57,915 bases of DNA from an uncultured Caldilineaceae bacterium (GCA_964568485.1 CAZMRA010000001.1:4701-62615); one strand, 5' to 3'; positions 38,122-48,596 are shown, counted from the first letter of the stretch. Program-made: numbers and translations. Notes: generated by a model from the letters alone, not told the origin.

Positions 38122-39162
38122 TTAGCGGATGATCACTGGCAAGAAGAGATCATTGGCGCTGACATCGCCGATCAGCGGATCGTCCGAGCGGGTCAGATCA
38201 AGCGCATTGTCACTCATATTGCTAGCATCGTCCACATAAGGATCATCAATTTCGATTACCCCAGCCGCGTTGGCGGTTTGCTGCTCACTGCTGGCCACCA
38301 AAGCATCACTTTCAAGATTCCCAAAGCGGACATAAACTAACTTGGCCGGTCGAGCTTCGAATTGATAACACGCTTGGTTGCCAAAATTGGGATCTAGCGT
38401 GCCAGGCTGGGTGTTGTTCCAGCCGTCGCGACTGCTTTCGCAGAGCGTATAGCTACCTGGCACAACCCCGGTGAAGTTCACCTTGCCGTAGATATTGCTG
38501 GTGCCACTTGTCACGGTTTCACCCGCCGCATTGTAGAGCGTGAAGACCCAACCCGGCAATCCGCCTTCGCCACGGTTGCGCTCGCCGTTGTTGTTACTGT
38601 CGTGATATTTACGGACTCGAATTGTACTTTCTCGCTGATTGCGGAATGTACAAGTAATCTCGTCGTTATAATTGGCGGTGATGGTAACAAAGGCTCCAGC
38701 TAGATTGGGTTCGGTGATTCCCCCCTCACAGGCTATGTCTACTAGGATCCACCGATCTGGTACTAACTGGCCAACCTGATAGGTGCCCGGTCGTACGCGG
38801 AACCGCTTATAACTATCATCGTCATCCTTCTTCTTTCGACCTTTATCCCGATCATCGTCGTCATCCTCTAAATCAAATTTGCCCAGGTCGCCCGCAAAAT
38901 CAAAGTCACGGCCGGTTGCAGGGTCAGCTTCTAGACGAATGATGATGCGCGGTCGTTCGCAGGGTACTGTTCCGGGCAACGTTGTACCTGGGACTGTTCC
39001 GTTGGGATCGCATCCGGGGATGGTCTTCCCCTCGACACTATTGCTTTCTTGATGGAGGTTGAGCTGCTCGATCTGGTGGGCATAAGCGGCTGCGGGAATC
39101 AAGATGAAGAGCCCAATCAGGCCGATAAGTAGCGTACGGAGCGAGTAAAATCGATGCTGCAT
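38122..39162 (-). CDS. Secreted protein with SdrD-B/prealbumin-like fold domains and a mixed-charge block
   Basis: Signal LLIGLIGLFILIPAAAYA. SdrD-B-like HDSNNNGERNRGEGGLPGWVFTLYNAAGETV...GKVNFTGVVPGSYTLCE. Charge block EDDDDDRDKGRKKKDDDD. Start moved to the ATG at 39162, after AAGGA. Confidence 0.78.
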   Translation of the reverse strand: MQHRFYSLRTLLIGLIGLFILIPAAAYAHQIEQLNLHQESNSVEGKTIPGCDPNGTVPGTTLPGTVPCERPRIIIRLEADPATGRDFDFAGDLGKFDLEDDDDDRDKGRKKKDDDDSYKRFRVRPGTYQVGQLVPDRWILVDIACEGGITEPNLAGAFVTITANYNDEITCTFRNQRESTIRVRKYHDSNNNGERNRGEGGLPGWVFTLYNAAGETVTSGTSNIYGKVNFTGVVPGSYTLCESSRDGWNNTQPGTLDPNFGNQACYQFEARPAKLVYVRFGNLESDALVASSEQQTANAAGVIEIDDPYVDDASNMSDNALDLTRSDDPLIGDVSANDLFLPVIIR

Positions 39163-39475
39163 GGATCGTCCTTTCGATGTAAGAGCGTGAAGCAAGGGCG
39201 TTCTCAGAGTATAGCTAGACTTCCATTTGAGATCGAACTGGTGATGAACTCCTACGGCATACGAGTTGATGACTGCAAGCTAGAGGAAGGGATCGCGCTG
39301 TTTGGTGCTCAGGCAGCTCAACTTGAGCAGAGTTGTGCTGCCTGGCTTAGAATGGGGTCGGATTGGGGATGTTACTGTAACTGCGCTTACATTTTCTTAA
39401 GCAATAGAGCGATCTGTATCCTGATCTATATCGCTCGCTTGCTCTGGCACAAACTGAGGTCAGGAATGAGCCCGG

Positions 39476-40528
39476 TTAGCCCTGTTTATAGTGTAGATCA
39501 CTCAGGGAGCGCAGGCGCTCAGCCGCTTGCTCGGGCGTGATGTCGCGCTGGGGATTGCCGAGCATCTCATAGCCGACCATAAATTTTTTTACGGTCGCTG
39601 AGCGCAACAAGGGCGGGTAGAAATGGGCATGCAATTGCCAATGGCGATAATCGCCGCTCTCGGTCGGCTGCCCATGCCAGCCCATGGAATAGGGGAAACT
39701 GGTCTCAAACAAGTTGTCATAGCGGGTGAGCAAGCGCTTGAGGATCTGGGCTAGATCGGTCCGCTCCGCGGCAGTAAGGGCTGGCAGCTCGGTGACATGG
39801 CGTCGCGGCAACAGCAGAACTTCGTAGGGCCAGACCGCCCAATAGGGCACCAAGGCTACCCAGTGCGCCTGCTCGATTACAATCCGTTCTTGTTGCTCGA
39901 GTTCAGCAGCGAGATAATCGAGCAATAGTGGTCGCTGCTGCTCGGCATAATAGGTACGCTGCGTTTGATCCTCTTTGGCTGGTTCTTGTGGTACACGGTG
40001 GTTTGCCCACAGTTGACCATGCGGATGGGGATTGGAGCTGCCCATGGCCGCGCCTTTGTTTTCAAAGAGCTGAACATAGCCAATGTCGGGGCGGCTGCCT
40101 AGCTCGGCGATCTGTTCGGCCCAGACATCCACCACTCGCTCGATAGCGGCTACCTCCATTTCGGGTAGGGTGAGATCGTGACGGGGGCTAAAGCAGATCA
40201 CCCGGCAGATGCCACTCTCCGCTTCGGCTTGAAAGAGCTTGCCTTGGCTCACTACCTGGTTTGGGCTGTTGGGTAGCAGCGCGGCAAAGTCATTGTCGAA
40301 GACATACGTGCCCTCGTACGCTGGGTTGCGCAGACCCCCCGCTCGTTCATTGCCGGGGCAGAGATAACAGGTCGGCTCGTACGCTGGCCGCGTGTCCGCA
40401 GGTAGCCGCTCGACCTGGCCTTGCCAGGGACGTTTAGTGCGGTGCGGTGAAACCAGCACCCAATCTCCAGTCAGGATATTGCGGCGGCGATGTGGGTGTT
40501 CGGTAGGGTCAAATTCCGGTGTGGACAT
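39476..40528 (-). CDS. galT: Galactose-1-phosphate uridylyltransferase
   Basis: [39 protein letters not shown] and the catalytic NPHPHGQ. ATG at 40528 preferred over the TTG at 40537. Confidence 0.92.
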   Translation of the reverse strand: MSTPEFDPTEHPHRRRNILTGDWVLVSPHRTKRPWQGQVERLPADTRPAYEPTCYLCPGNERAGGLRNPAYEGTYVFDNDFAALLPNSPNQVVSQGKLFQAEAESGICRVICFSPRHDLTLPEMEVAAIERVVDVWAEQIAELGSRPDIGYVQLFENKGAAMGSSNPHPHGQLWANHRVPQEPAKEDQTQRTYYAEQQRPLLLDYLAAELEQQERIVIEQAHWVALVPYWAVWPYEVLLLPRRHVTELPALTAAERTDLAQILKRLLTRYDNLFETSFPYSMGWHGQPTESGDYRHWQLHAHFYPPLLRSATVKKFMVGYEMLGNPQRDITPEQAAERLRSLSDLHYKQG

Positions 40529-40585
40529 AACCTTCAACTCTCTTGGAACTGGCTACGAAAGCCTCATGCTCGGGCCAGCGCTCGT

Positions 40586-41485
40586 TCAATGGGTGTTCTG
40601 TGCTGCTAATTCGGCAAGGGCCAGTGCGCCCAGTACGCCCGCGCGATTACCCAATTGGGGCGGTACGATATATTGCTCGGGTTCCTTCAGCAGACGCGGG
40701 GCTTGGATATAGCCATTCAGCAAGCTGTGCACCTCCCGGCGGATCAAGGGGAACAGCTTGCTTTGCGACATCACGCCGCCCCCCATGATGATCCGCTGCG
40801 GTGAGAGCAGGCAGATCAAGTTCACCAAACCGAGCCCTAGATAGTGGGCTTCTAATTCCCAGGCGGGGTGATTGGACGGCAACTGTTCCGCCCGTTTCCC
40901 CCAGCGCCCCTCAAAGGCTGGACCAGCCGCCAGCCCTTCCCAACAATCGCCGTGATAGGGGCAATAACCGGCGTAGGGATCGGCATCCCAGTTGTGCGGA
41001 ATCAGCATATGGCCCATTTCGGGGTGAAGCAGCCCGTGGATCAACTTGCCATTGACCATGCCGCCTCCACCCAACCCGGTGCCGACGGTGAGATAGACAA
41101 AGGTATCGAGACCTTGCCCCGCGCCCCAACGATACTCCCCCAGCGCCGCGCCATTCACATCGGTATCAAAGCCCACTGGTAGCCCGAGCGCTTGGTGGAG
41201 TGGCCCCACCATATCGGTCTGGCCCCAGTTAGGCTTGGGTGTGGTGGTGATATAGCCAAAGGTGGGCGACTGCGGATCGGGGTCAACGGGTCCAAAGGAG
41301 GCGATCCCGATCGCTGTGAGGGGTGTTGATTCATGCTGTGCGCGGAAAAACTCAATGGCCCGGCGAATGGTTTCGGTGGGTGTGGTGGTGGCAAACCGGG
41401 TTTCGGCTCGAATGTCATCTGGTCCGCTGCCTACAGCGCAGACAAATTTGGTACCTCCTGCTTCAATTCCACCGTACAGCTTCAT
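40586..41485 (-). CDS. ROK family fructokinase (GmuE/ScrK-like)
   Basis: The [17 protein letters not shown]-terminus is typical of ROK fructokinases. AAGGAG SD. Confidence 0.87.
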   Translation of the reverse strand: MKLYGGIEAGGTKFVCAVGSGPDDIRAETRFATTTPTETIRRAIEFFRAQHESTPLTAIGIASFGPVDPDPQSPTFGYITTTPKPNWGQTDMVGPLHQALGLPVGFDTDVNGAALGEYRWGAGQGLDTFVYLTVGTGLGGGGMVNGKLIHGLLHPEMGHMLIPHNWDADPYAGYCPYHGDCWEGLAAGPAFEGRWGKRAEQLPSNHPAWELEAHYLGLGLVNLICLLSPQRIIMGGGVMSQSKLFPLIRREVHSLLNGYIQAPRLLKEPEQYIVPPQLGNRAGVLGALALAELAAQNTH

Positions 41486-41560
41486 TCACCTGCTCCTTTG
41501 TGTGTGGAGCTGAATCCCATCACTGCGGGCAGCTCCGGTGATTGCTGGTTTGCTAATAAG

Positions 41561-42436
41561 TTATGCACTGGGAGGTGCTGGCTCAGCGTTCCCAGTGGCT
41601 AAGGCGACAAACCCTGCTTGTGACCAGTTAGCTCGTTCCCCGATGCGTTCGTGGAGCCAAGTGTAGAGTTGGCGGGCCGCGGTTTCGGCGCGCCAATCGC
41701 CCCATTGTTGCGTGTCATAGATCTGCGCGACTGTGGTGGCGGCAGTGCGCTTGCCCTGTTGCCCATCCCCGCTGACGTAGCTATCCACAATCACCCGGTC
41801 GCCGTGCTCGAGCAAGATCTGGCCAAATTGCTCAACATCCGAATAGGGCAAGCACGGGCTGACCGTGATCTGCACCTGGAGACCAGCTTGCTGAGCAGCG
41901 CGCAAGGTAGCTAATCGCTGCTCGATCGAGGGGCAGCGTGGGGTGAGGGCCCGCCGCACATTCTCACGGTCGGTTTCGAGTGTAAAATTGAGCCAACAGG
42001 CCGGCCCTAACTCGCGGATCAGTGCAAAATCATCCGCCACCAGGGGCGAACGAGTTTGGATCACCAACAGCCGCGGCGGGTATTCGGCAAAGACCTGCAG
42101 ACAAGCCCGACTCAAGCGCCATTGTCGTTCGGCGCCTTGGTAGGGATCGGTCGCGCTCGACATGAAGATGGCCAATTCGCCGAGGCGGTTGGCCGCTGCC
42201 AAGCGCTTGAGCTCGCGGCGCAACTGTTCGGCGATGCCCGTGCGCGGATGCACATAGTCGCCCCAAGCCTGGGCCGGCTGATGAAACCGGTGGACAGTCA
42301 TCCCCTGCACATAGCAATAGCTGCACCCAAAACGACAGCCGATATAGGGTTGCAGCGTATGGCTGAACCCGCTCAAAAAACCGCCTGTTTTGGTGAGCGC
42401 GCCCGATGCGGGGCGGGGCGAAAGTTCGAAGGTCAC
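41561..42436 (-). CDS. Radical SAM protein (SPL/Rv2578c-like, COG1533 type)
   Basis: CRFGCSYC (CxxxCxxC) cluster near the N-terminus. GTG start lies 1 nt after the upstream stop. Confidence 0.83.
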   Translation of the reverse strand: MTFELSPRPASGALTKTGGFLSGFSHTLQPYIGCRFGCSYCYVQGMTVHRFHQPAQAWGDYVHPRTGIAEQLRRELKRLAAANRLGELAIFMSSATDPYQGAERQWRLSRACLQVFAEYPPRLLVIQTRSPLVADDFALIRELGPACWLNFTLETDRENVRRALTPRCPSIEQRLATLRAAQQAGLQVQITVSPCLPYSDVEQFGQILLEHGDRVIVDSYVSGDGQQGKRTAATTVAQIYDTQQWGDWRAETAARQLYTWLHERIGERANWSQAGFVALATGNAEPAPPSA

Positions 42437-42437
42437 G

Positions 42438-43058
42438 CTATTCCCCAGGCTGGACTAGTTGCCCCGTCACCAACCACTGCTCGATGGCCGGGCGAGTCAA
42501 CGTCCAATCGTGATGCACTAGTGCGGCGATGCCACAGCTTTGTGCGGCGGCGACATTTTCGGCGATGTCGTCGATAAAGAGAGCCTGCTCCGCGGAAACG
42601 TCGAGAATTTCTAGCGCCAACCGGTAGATCTCGGGGTCTGGTTTGGCAAGGCCAACTTCGTTGCTCAGCACCACCAGATCAAACTCCTTCAACTCGGGCA
42701 GATATTCATCGAGCCAGTAGGCATGAGCCTCGTTGGTGTTGCTGATGATCCCGACTGTGACTTCGGGGCGCTGCTGCAATTCTATGGCATAGGCCAAGGC
42801 TGCATCGTTGCGGGCTAAGCCTGCTGCGAAGGCCATAAAGAAAGCTTCCTCATCCTCGCCGATGGGCAGGTGCTGGCGGTAATGATTGAGCAGATCCGCC
42901 GCGCTCAATTCGCCGACGCCCAGTTGGCTAGACAAGGCGTGGTAGAGGGTTTGCACTTGTTGCGGCTCGCATTGACCCAATGTGCCAACAGCAGCAAGGG
43001 TTTGGTTGTGGTCGTACTGTATCAACACATTACCAAGATCAAACAGAATCGCACGCAT
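42438..43058 (-). CDS. HAD superfamily hydrolase (subfamily IA)
   Basis: Motif I ILFDLGNVL, motif III-like K, and the FIDDIAENV motif. Confidence 0.85.
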   Translation of the reverse strand: MRAILFDLGNVLIQYDHNQTLAAVGTLGQCEPQQVQTLYHALSSQLGVGELSAADLLNHYRQHLPIGEDEEAFFMAFAAGLARNDAALAYAIELQQRPEVTVGIISNTNEAHAYWLDEYLPELKEFDLVVLSNEVGLAKPDPEIYRLALEILDVSAEQALFIDDIAENVAAAQSCGIAALVHHDWTLTRPAIEQWLVTGQLVQPGE

Positions 43059-43250
43059 AGCTGGCTCTCTTGCAACTCTAGCGAAAGGAATACGTAATTA
43101 TGATAGAACTATTATAACAAAGAGTGTGGACCTATTCGTAAACTGATAACAGCACTCGAAGAAGCGGGCAAGGGTTGCAAAATCGACATTCCCGAATCCT
43201 GCATGAGCGGTTCACGAATTGCCACAAAGTTTTTTAGATGAGGTGGATTG

Positions 43251-43619
43251 ATGAGTCTCTTAGGTAATATCATTTGGTTGGTTTTTGGTGGCTTGATCGC
43301 AGGTGTGATCTACATTCTCTGTGGTTTGTTACTCTGCGTCACGATTATCGGTATTCCCTTTGGCATACAAGCGATCAAGATTGGCTTTGCTACCTTTGCT
43401 CCTTTTGGCAAAGAGGTAGTCGAGTTGCCCAATGCCAACAGCGCGCTGCGGCTGATCTTTAATGTAATCTGGATTGTGCTAGTTGGTTGGGAACTCACTG
43501 TGGCCCATCTCATCTTCGCCTTGATCTTGGGGATCACGATTGTTGGGATTCCGTTCGCCAAGCAACACATCAAGCTGATCCCATTGGCGCTGCTTCCCTT
43601 TGGCCGCGATTTACGCTAA
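43251..43619 (+). CDS. yccF: YccF family inner-membrane protein
   Basis: Duplicated IIGIPFG / IVGIPFA YccF motifs. ATG at 43251 after GAGGTGG. Confidence 0.85.
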   Translation: MSLLGNIIWLVFGGLIAGVIYILCGLLLCVTIIGIPFGIQAIKIGFATFAPFGKEVVELPNANSALRLIFNVIWIVLVGWELTVAHLIFALILGITIVGIPFAKQHIKLIPLALLPFGRDLR

Positions 43620-43693
43620 AGGCCGGTACTCGCATGGTCTCTCTACAATTGAGCCATTTCTCGCCCTCTGGTGTATGCTACGGGGCAATGAAT

Positions 43694-43719
43694 GGGTAGT
43701 TCGGACTACCTGTTTTATT
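43694..43719 (+). terminator. Short intrinsic terminator after yccF
   Basis: GGTAGT-tcgg-ACTACC followed by TGTTTTATT. Confidence 0.45.
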
Positions 43720-43832
43720 GCGACGATTGGCTAAACTAGAAGCATCTCAAGATTCGGTTGTGGCTTGAGTAATTGTTTATCTACCTAGTAAGCCCGAATG
43801 ATTTTGAGATAAGTACTAGAGGGGTGATTCGC

Positions 43833-44996
43833 ATGCGTCATAACTTTGATGAGACCATTGAACGACGCGGTACTGATAGCGCAAAATGGCACTATTATGG
43901 TGAAGATGTGCTGCCTATGTGGGTAGCCGATATGGATTTCCGCTCGCCTGAACCCGTCATCCGGGCGTTGCACGAGCGGGTTGAGCATGGCGTCTTTGGT
44001 TATGCCCTGGATTCGCCGGAGCTGCGCCAAGTCATCTGCGAGCGCATGGCTAGCCGGCATAACTGGCAAATTGAACCAAGCGATATCGTCTTTTTGCCCG
44101 GGCTGGTGACCGGCCTAAATCTGGTGAGCCGAGCGATTGGCGAGCCGGGGGATGGTGTGCTGGTCACCACGCCGGTGTATCCTCCCTTCCTGTCGGCACC
44201 GACCAATCAGGGCCGCGAATTGCATCAAGCCGAACTCGCGGTTGAAGTAACGGATCGACAGCTGCGCTACACGGTGGATACCGATGCCTTTGCCGCGGCC
44301 ATTCAACCCAATACTCGCCTCTTTTTGCTCTGTAATCCTCACAACCCCATTGGCCGCGCCTATCAGCGCGATGAACTCTTGTCCATGGCTGAGCTCTGCT
44401 TGCGCAACAATATGTTCATCTGCGCTGATGAGATCCACAGCGATCTGCAACTGGGCGATTCCCGCCATATTCCACTGGCCAGCCTCGACCCAGAAATTGC
44501 TGCGCGGACCGTTACGCTGATCGCCCCGAGCAAAACATACAATCTGCCTGGATTGGGCTGCAGTGCAGCGATTATCCAAAATCCAGAATTGCGCCAGCAA
44601 GTGACTCAAGCCGCCGCTGGGATCGTGCCCCATGTCAACGCTTTGGGCTATGTCGCGGCCCTGGCTGCTTATCGAGATAGCGAAGAGTGGTTGCAAGATC
44701 TGCTGGTCTACTTGACGGAAAACCGCGACCTCGTGGTGAACTTCCTGCGCGAGAAGTTACCCGCTGTCCGCTTTACCAATCCCGAAGCGACTTATTTGGC
44801 CTGGCTGGATTGCCGGGGTCTTGAATTGGAAACGACACCGCAGCAATTTTGTCTGGATCAGGCCAAAGTGGCACTGAATGGCGGTGAAGCCTTTGGCCGT
44901 GGTGGCGAAGGCTTTGTGCGCCTCAACTTCGGCTGTCCGCGTCCCCTGTTGAAGCAAGGTTTAGCTCGTTTGCAAGCAGCTTTCCTCGAGAGCTAA
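43833..44996 (+). CDS. PLP-dependent C-S lyase (MalY/PatB cystathionine beta-lyase family)
   Basis: MRHNFDETIERRGTDSAKW...MWVADMDF N-terminus and SKTYNLPGL PLP-lysine motif. Start moved to the ATG at 43833, after GAGGGG. Confidence 0.9.
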   Translation: MRHNFDETIERRGTDSAKWHYYGEDVLPMWVADMDFRSPEPVIRALHERVEHGVFGYALDSPELRQVICERMASRHNWQIEPSDIVFLPGLVTGLNLVSRAIGEPGDGVLVTTPVYPPFLSAPTNQGRELHQAELAVEVTDRQLRYTVDTDAFAAAIQPNTRLFLLCNPHNPIGRAYQRDELLSMAELCLRNNMFICADEIHSDLQLGDSRHIPLASLDPEIAARTVTLIAPSKTYNLPGLGCSAAIIQNPELRQQVTQAAAGIVPHVNALGYVAALAAYRDSEEWLQDLLVYLTENRDLVVNFLREKLPAVRFTNPEATYLAWLDCRGLELETTPQQFCLDQAKVALNGGEAFGRGGEGFVRLNFGCPRPLLKQGLARLQAAFLES

Positions 44997-45145
44997 ACTC
45001 GAAACCCCCTGTTCATTGATGCGGTAAGGCTATTTCCCCTAAATAGTCGCAATGAACAAGTGAATTTTGTAGCGTACGTCCGGGGAGCGGTTCATCACCA
45101 CTCCCCACGATCGTCCCCCACCTGACTATTTGCTGGCGGAGCGCT

Positions 45146-46165
45146 ATGACCAACAACAACCCAATTCCCCGCTATCAAGCTACATACCGGCGCGATGAAT
45201 TGCAGCTCATCTGTGATTATGCTCGGGAAGGGCGTTCGCTCGCCTTTGTGGGCGTGGCCGGTGTGGGCAAGTCGAATATTACGAACTTTCTGCGTTTTGA
45301 TCCATACGGCTACAAGCCGACCTATCTCGGCGAGGCCACCGACACCATCCTCTTCCCCTTTATGGACGGCAATGTCTGGAACCGTACGCCGCTGGGGCTG
45401 TGGGAGCAATTGTTGGCTGATCTCGAGCATAGTAGTGCGGATCTGCCACTCCCACCGCGTGACGAGAAAATCGTCCAGCTTTCGGAGGAGCAGCGCGTTT
45501 TTAGTGCCCTGCGCAATCACATCCACTGGTTGACGGCCGAGCATGGCCGCCAGATCATGTTCATCTTGGATGATTTTGACAATCTGTTGCGCTTTGGCCC
45601 CTTGACTATGCTGGAGCAGCTGTATACGCTGCGCTTGGCCGGGAACCAAAACAAGCTCAGCTATTTGATCTTTGTGAAGCGGCTGCCCGCGGCTTTGGGT
45701 CGTGCATTGCCGCTGAATGATCATGCCAAGTTTTACGATCTGTTCAAGCGCGACATCTATCCGCTCAAACCCTACGAGCACGAAGACATCGCTCAGATGT
45801 TGCGCTTCCTTAACGAGAACTCCGGTCGCCCGCTGCGGGCCAAAGATCTCGCCCTGATTGGCGACAAGCTGAGCGGAGGACATCCTGGCCTGGCCAAAGT
45901 GATCTTCAATCTGTGGCGCCGCGAAATGCCCGGCGAGGAGGAGGATCTAGTGCGCCACTTCAGCCAGCAGCCCGATGTGCTAGAAGAGTGTCGCCGCATC
46001 ATCGAACAGTTGCACCCCGAAGAACAAGCGACCGCCCGCCAGTTGGCCCACGGGCAAGCGTGCGATCCAGATTACGCGCAGCTTTTGGTGTGGCGTGGGC
46101 TCTTGAGCGATGTCGAAATCCCGACTTGGTTCAGCCCCCTGATGCCCGCCTATTTGCGGCAGTAG
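45146..46165 (+). CDS. Minimal STAND/NB-ARC-like P-loop NTPase with no sensor or effector domain
   Basis: Walker A GVAGVGKS (aa 36-43). Walker B IMFILDDFD (aa 137-145). Sensor-I-like YLIFVKR. IYPLKPYEHEDIAQML (LxPLxxxEA-like). GxP motif GGHPGLA (aa 244-250). Confidence 0.78.
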   Translation: MTNNNPIPRYQATYRRDELQLICDYAREGRSLAFVGVAGVGKSNITNFLRFDPYGYKPTYLGEATDTILFPFMDGNVWNRTPLGLWEQLLADLEHSSADLPLPPRDEKIVQLSEEQRVFSALRNHIHWLTAEHGRQIMFILDDFDNLLRFGPLTMLEQLYTLRLAGNQNKLSYLIFVKRLPAALGRALPLNDHAKFYDLFKRDIYPLKPYEHEDIAQMLRFLNENSGRPLRAKDLALIGDKLSGGHPGLAKVIFNLWRREMPGEEEDLVRHFSQQPDVLEECRRIIEQLHPEEQATARQLAHGQACDPDYAQLLVWRGLLSDVEIPTWFSPLMPAYLRQ

Positions 46166-46200
46166 TTTCGTGCTGTCTGGCCAAAAACGGAGAAATGCAG

Positions 46201-47154
46201 ATGGAACCTACAATCATGATCGTTGGCTTGCTTATCTTGCTGCTGATTGGCCTCTGGATCGGGCTCCGCATCCTCGGGGTGCGCGTAATCACTGTAAAGG
46301 ATGGGCAGCAATTGGTGGTTTCTCGCCTGGGCCGCATTCACCGCATCCTGACGCCTGGGCCGCGGATCTTCTTTGCTGGGTTTGAACGCATTGAGGGTGA
46401 GCTGGATGTGCGCGAGCAGCCCCATAATTTTTTTGTTGACGGCCTATTTATGAGCGATGTGCCGTTCGGATACACGCTAAATATCTGGTATCGCAACGAT
46501 CTGCTGGCCGCCAGCCAAGGCGATGACAATCGCTGGCGCGAACTGGCTCTTTTTAGCGATGAGGAACGCAAGGCCCAAGCCAGTGAGAAGCTGCGCAATG
46601 CCTTAACCCGCTGCTTGCACGAACTGGAGGCGAAGCAACCCGCGCCGCAAGATAGCCCATTGGTCGCGCGCATCTTGCCGATCTTCCCCGGCACGTCCGC
46701 CAATGAAACGCTGTTGCAGCGCCTGCAAAATGAACTGAGCAAGGCGTGGCCGTCGATTGGCATTCTGCCCTCCAGCCAACACCCGATCATCCTAAACAAA
46801 GTGCACTTGGGCAAGGATCTGCGTGAACTCTTCTCGTTGGGGCGCACCGCCAGCCAGATGCGCGAACTGTTGCCTAATCTTTCGTCCGAGTCGATCCTGC
46901 GTATGTTCGGCTCGATCGAGGGGCTGGATATGTCGCACATGCGCGAGCTGACGCTGCGTCAAGCTGGGGATACTGCCGCTGAATTGCGCATTGGGGAAGG
47001 GGAGGAGGTCGAAGCCGAGATCCGGGCCGCGCCCAAACCGCAGCGAACGCCCGCAGCGCCTGTCGCTAGCCCAGTGAGTGCCGATACTGTCCCGCTGGAA
47101 CAACTACGCAAAGAGGATTTGCGTTTGCTCAAGCAGGTGCCCCGGGCCTCTTGA
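46201..47154 (+). CDS. Divergent SPFH/band-7-like membrane protein
   Basis: N-terminal [20 protein letters not shown], followed by [45 protein letters not shown] (SPFH-like), a coiled-coil-like segment and a Pro/Ala-rich tail. Start placed at the ATG at 46201 (or 46195), after GGAG at 46188-46191. Confidence 0.68.
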   Translation: MEPTIMIVGLLILLLIGLWIGLRILGVRVITVKDGQQLVVSRLGRIHRILTPGPRIFFAGFERIEGELDVREQPHNFFVDGLFMSDVPFGYTLNIWYRNDLLAASQGDDNRWRELALFSDEERKAQASEKLRNALTRCLHELEAKQPAPQDSPLVARILPIFPGTSANETLLQRLQNELSKAWPSIGILPSSQHPIILNKVHLGKDLRELFSLGRTASQMRELLPNLSSESILRMFGSIEGLDMSHMRELTLRQAGDTAAELRIGEGEEVEAEIRAAPKPQRTPAAPVASPVSADTVPLEQLRKEDLRLLKQVPRAS

Positions 47155-48388
47155 TGTTCTCCTCGGAGACAGCGATGTGTGATTCTTGTTGTTGCTGTTG
47201 CCGAGCAGTGGCTCGATTGACCACTTGCACTGCTACAAAGGCGATCACAATATAGACAACAGCAGTACCCGCAAAGACCCCTCGCATCCCGAACCAGAGG
47301 GCAATGGCTGCCCCAATCATCGGAGCTACGGCGCGGGCTGAGGCCTGGATGCTATTGTCCAGCCCGTAAGTCGCACCGTGGTTGCCTGCCGGTGCCCAGA
47401 GATTCATCAACGCAGCGGTCGCCGGCATCAATCCACCAACCGCAATACCCGCCAAGGCTTGGAAGAAGACCAAATGCCAAGCCGAAGTTGCCAATGCTTG
47501 GGGAATGTAAAAGAAGCCCGCCGCAATGGCCGAGATGATCAAAATGCGGTTGTGCCCGCGTTGATCGCCGAGCCGCCCGAGCCAGCTCGCGGCAATGGCG
47601 CTAGTAAAGGCGGTGGCTCCTTGCACAAAGCCGGTCATGGTCGCGGCGCCCTGTTCGGTACCCAACAAACTCACCACAAATAGCGAGGTAATGGGGACGG
47701 TGATGGTTGCACCCAAGCTACGCAAAAAGGTCAGCGTATAGAGCCCCAACATGCCCGGCGCACTGATCAGCGAACGATAGCTGCTCCAGAATGAAGCTTG
47801 TTGATGGCGCGGCGCCGGTTTGAAGTCTTCCTCCACCCAAATAACGGCGGCGATACCGGCCAGCCCTAACAGCACGGCCGTGATCCAAAAACTCTCGCGG
47901 AAGCCAAAGGCGTCCCCCAGCACCCCGCCCAGGATCGGTCCGATCGAGACGCCGACCCAGCGCGAGGTTTGTAGCAGCCCCATTGCCTCACCCGAATGCT
48001 GCCGCGGCGTAGAGCCAGCTACCAGAGCATTGGCAGCCGAAATCACTCCACTGACACACCCTTGGATCGCCCGCAGAACGACCAATTGCTCGGCATTTTG
48101 GGCAAATCCCATCAGCGCCAACAGGATCGCTCCGCCGATGGTCGCGCGCTCGAGCATGATTTTGCGCCCGTGCCGATCCGAAAGCGAGCCCCAAATCGGC
48201 GAGGCGATCATCATGGTGATGGCTTGCGAGGAAAAGACCAGGCCCGCCCAAAATTCGATGTTGCCACCGCTGGCGACACCAAGTTCATTGACGTATAAGG
48301 GCAAGAAGGGAAAGACCAGGCTAAAGCCCGCAGTCGATAAGAGCTGTACGACAAAGACCACGTAAAGATTGCGGCGCCAAGCAGACAC
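47129..48388 (-). CDS. MFS transporter, DHA1/MdtG-like efflux family
   Basis: [17 protein letters not shown]...[10 protein letters not shown] closely parallels E. coli MdtG. GTG at 48388, 6 nt after GGAGG, preferred over the TTG at 48415. Confidence 0.87.
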   Translation of the reverse strand: MSAWRRNLYVVFVVQLLSTAGFSLVFPFLPLYVNELGVASGGNIEFWAGLVFSSQAITMMIASPIWGSLSDRHGRKIMLERATIGGAILLALMGFAQNAEQLVVLRAIQGCVSGVISAANALVAGSTPRQHSGEAMGLLQTSRWVGVSIGPILGGVLGDAFGFRESFWITAVLLGLAGIAAVIWVEEDFKPAPRHQQASFWSSYRSLISAPGMLGLYTLTFLRSLGATITVPITSLFVVSLLGTEQGAATMTGFVQGATAFTSAIAASWLGRLGDQRGHNRILIISAIAAGFFYIPQALATSAWHLVFFQALAGIAVGGLMPATAALMNLWAPAGNHGATYGLDNSIQASARAVAPMIGAAIALWFGMRGVFAGTAVVYIVIAFVAVQVVNRATARQQQQQESHIAVSEENIKRPGAPA

Positions 48389-48509
48389 AATTCCCCTCCC
48401 CCAGTTAGCTGTCAAAAAGGCATTGCAAGGCTTCTCGCCCCGAATTGGTTAGATAGTTGATTGGTTGTCTCAGGGCGAGAAGGATGGACTACGCAGGTGC
48501 AGCGATTAC

Positions 48510-48530
48510 TTTGTCATTCGTATTGACAAA
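48510..48530. promoter_or_regulatory. Perfect 7-7-7 palindrome (operator candidate) upstream of the MFS gene
   Basis: TTTGTCA-ttcgtat-TGACAAA. Confidence 0.35.
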
Positions 48531-48596
48531 ATGGTTTGCTAACCAAAGTATAGGGGGAAGCCGAGGATGTTGCAATAATTTACTTGGCTGATTCGC

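Noticed and set aside
45095-45883. 262-aa minus-strand ORF
   Set aside because: It is antisense to the STAND NTPase gene, which carries ordered Walker A/B and GxP motifs. The antisense product has none.
45913-46200. 96-codon extension of the SPFH-like ORF overlapping the 3' end of the STAND gene
   Set aside because: It is an Arg/Pro/Ala-rich alternative frame of the upstream gene. A GGAG-ATG at 46195/46201 precedes the TM helix.
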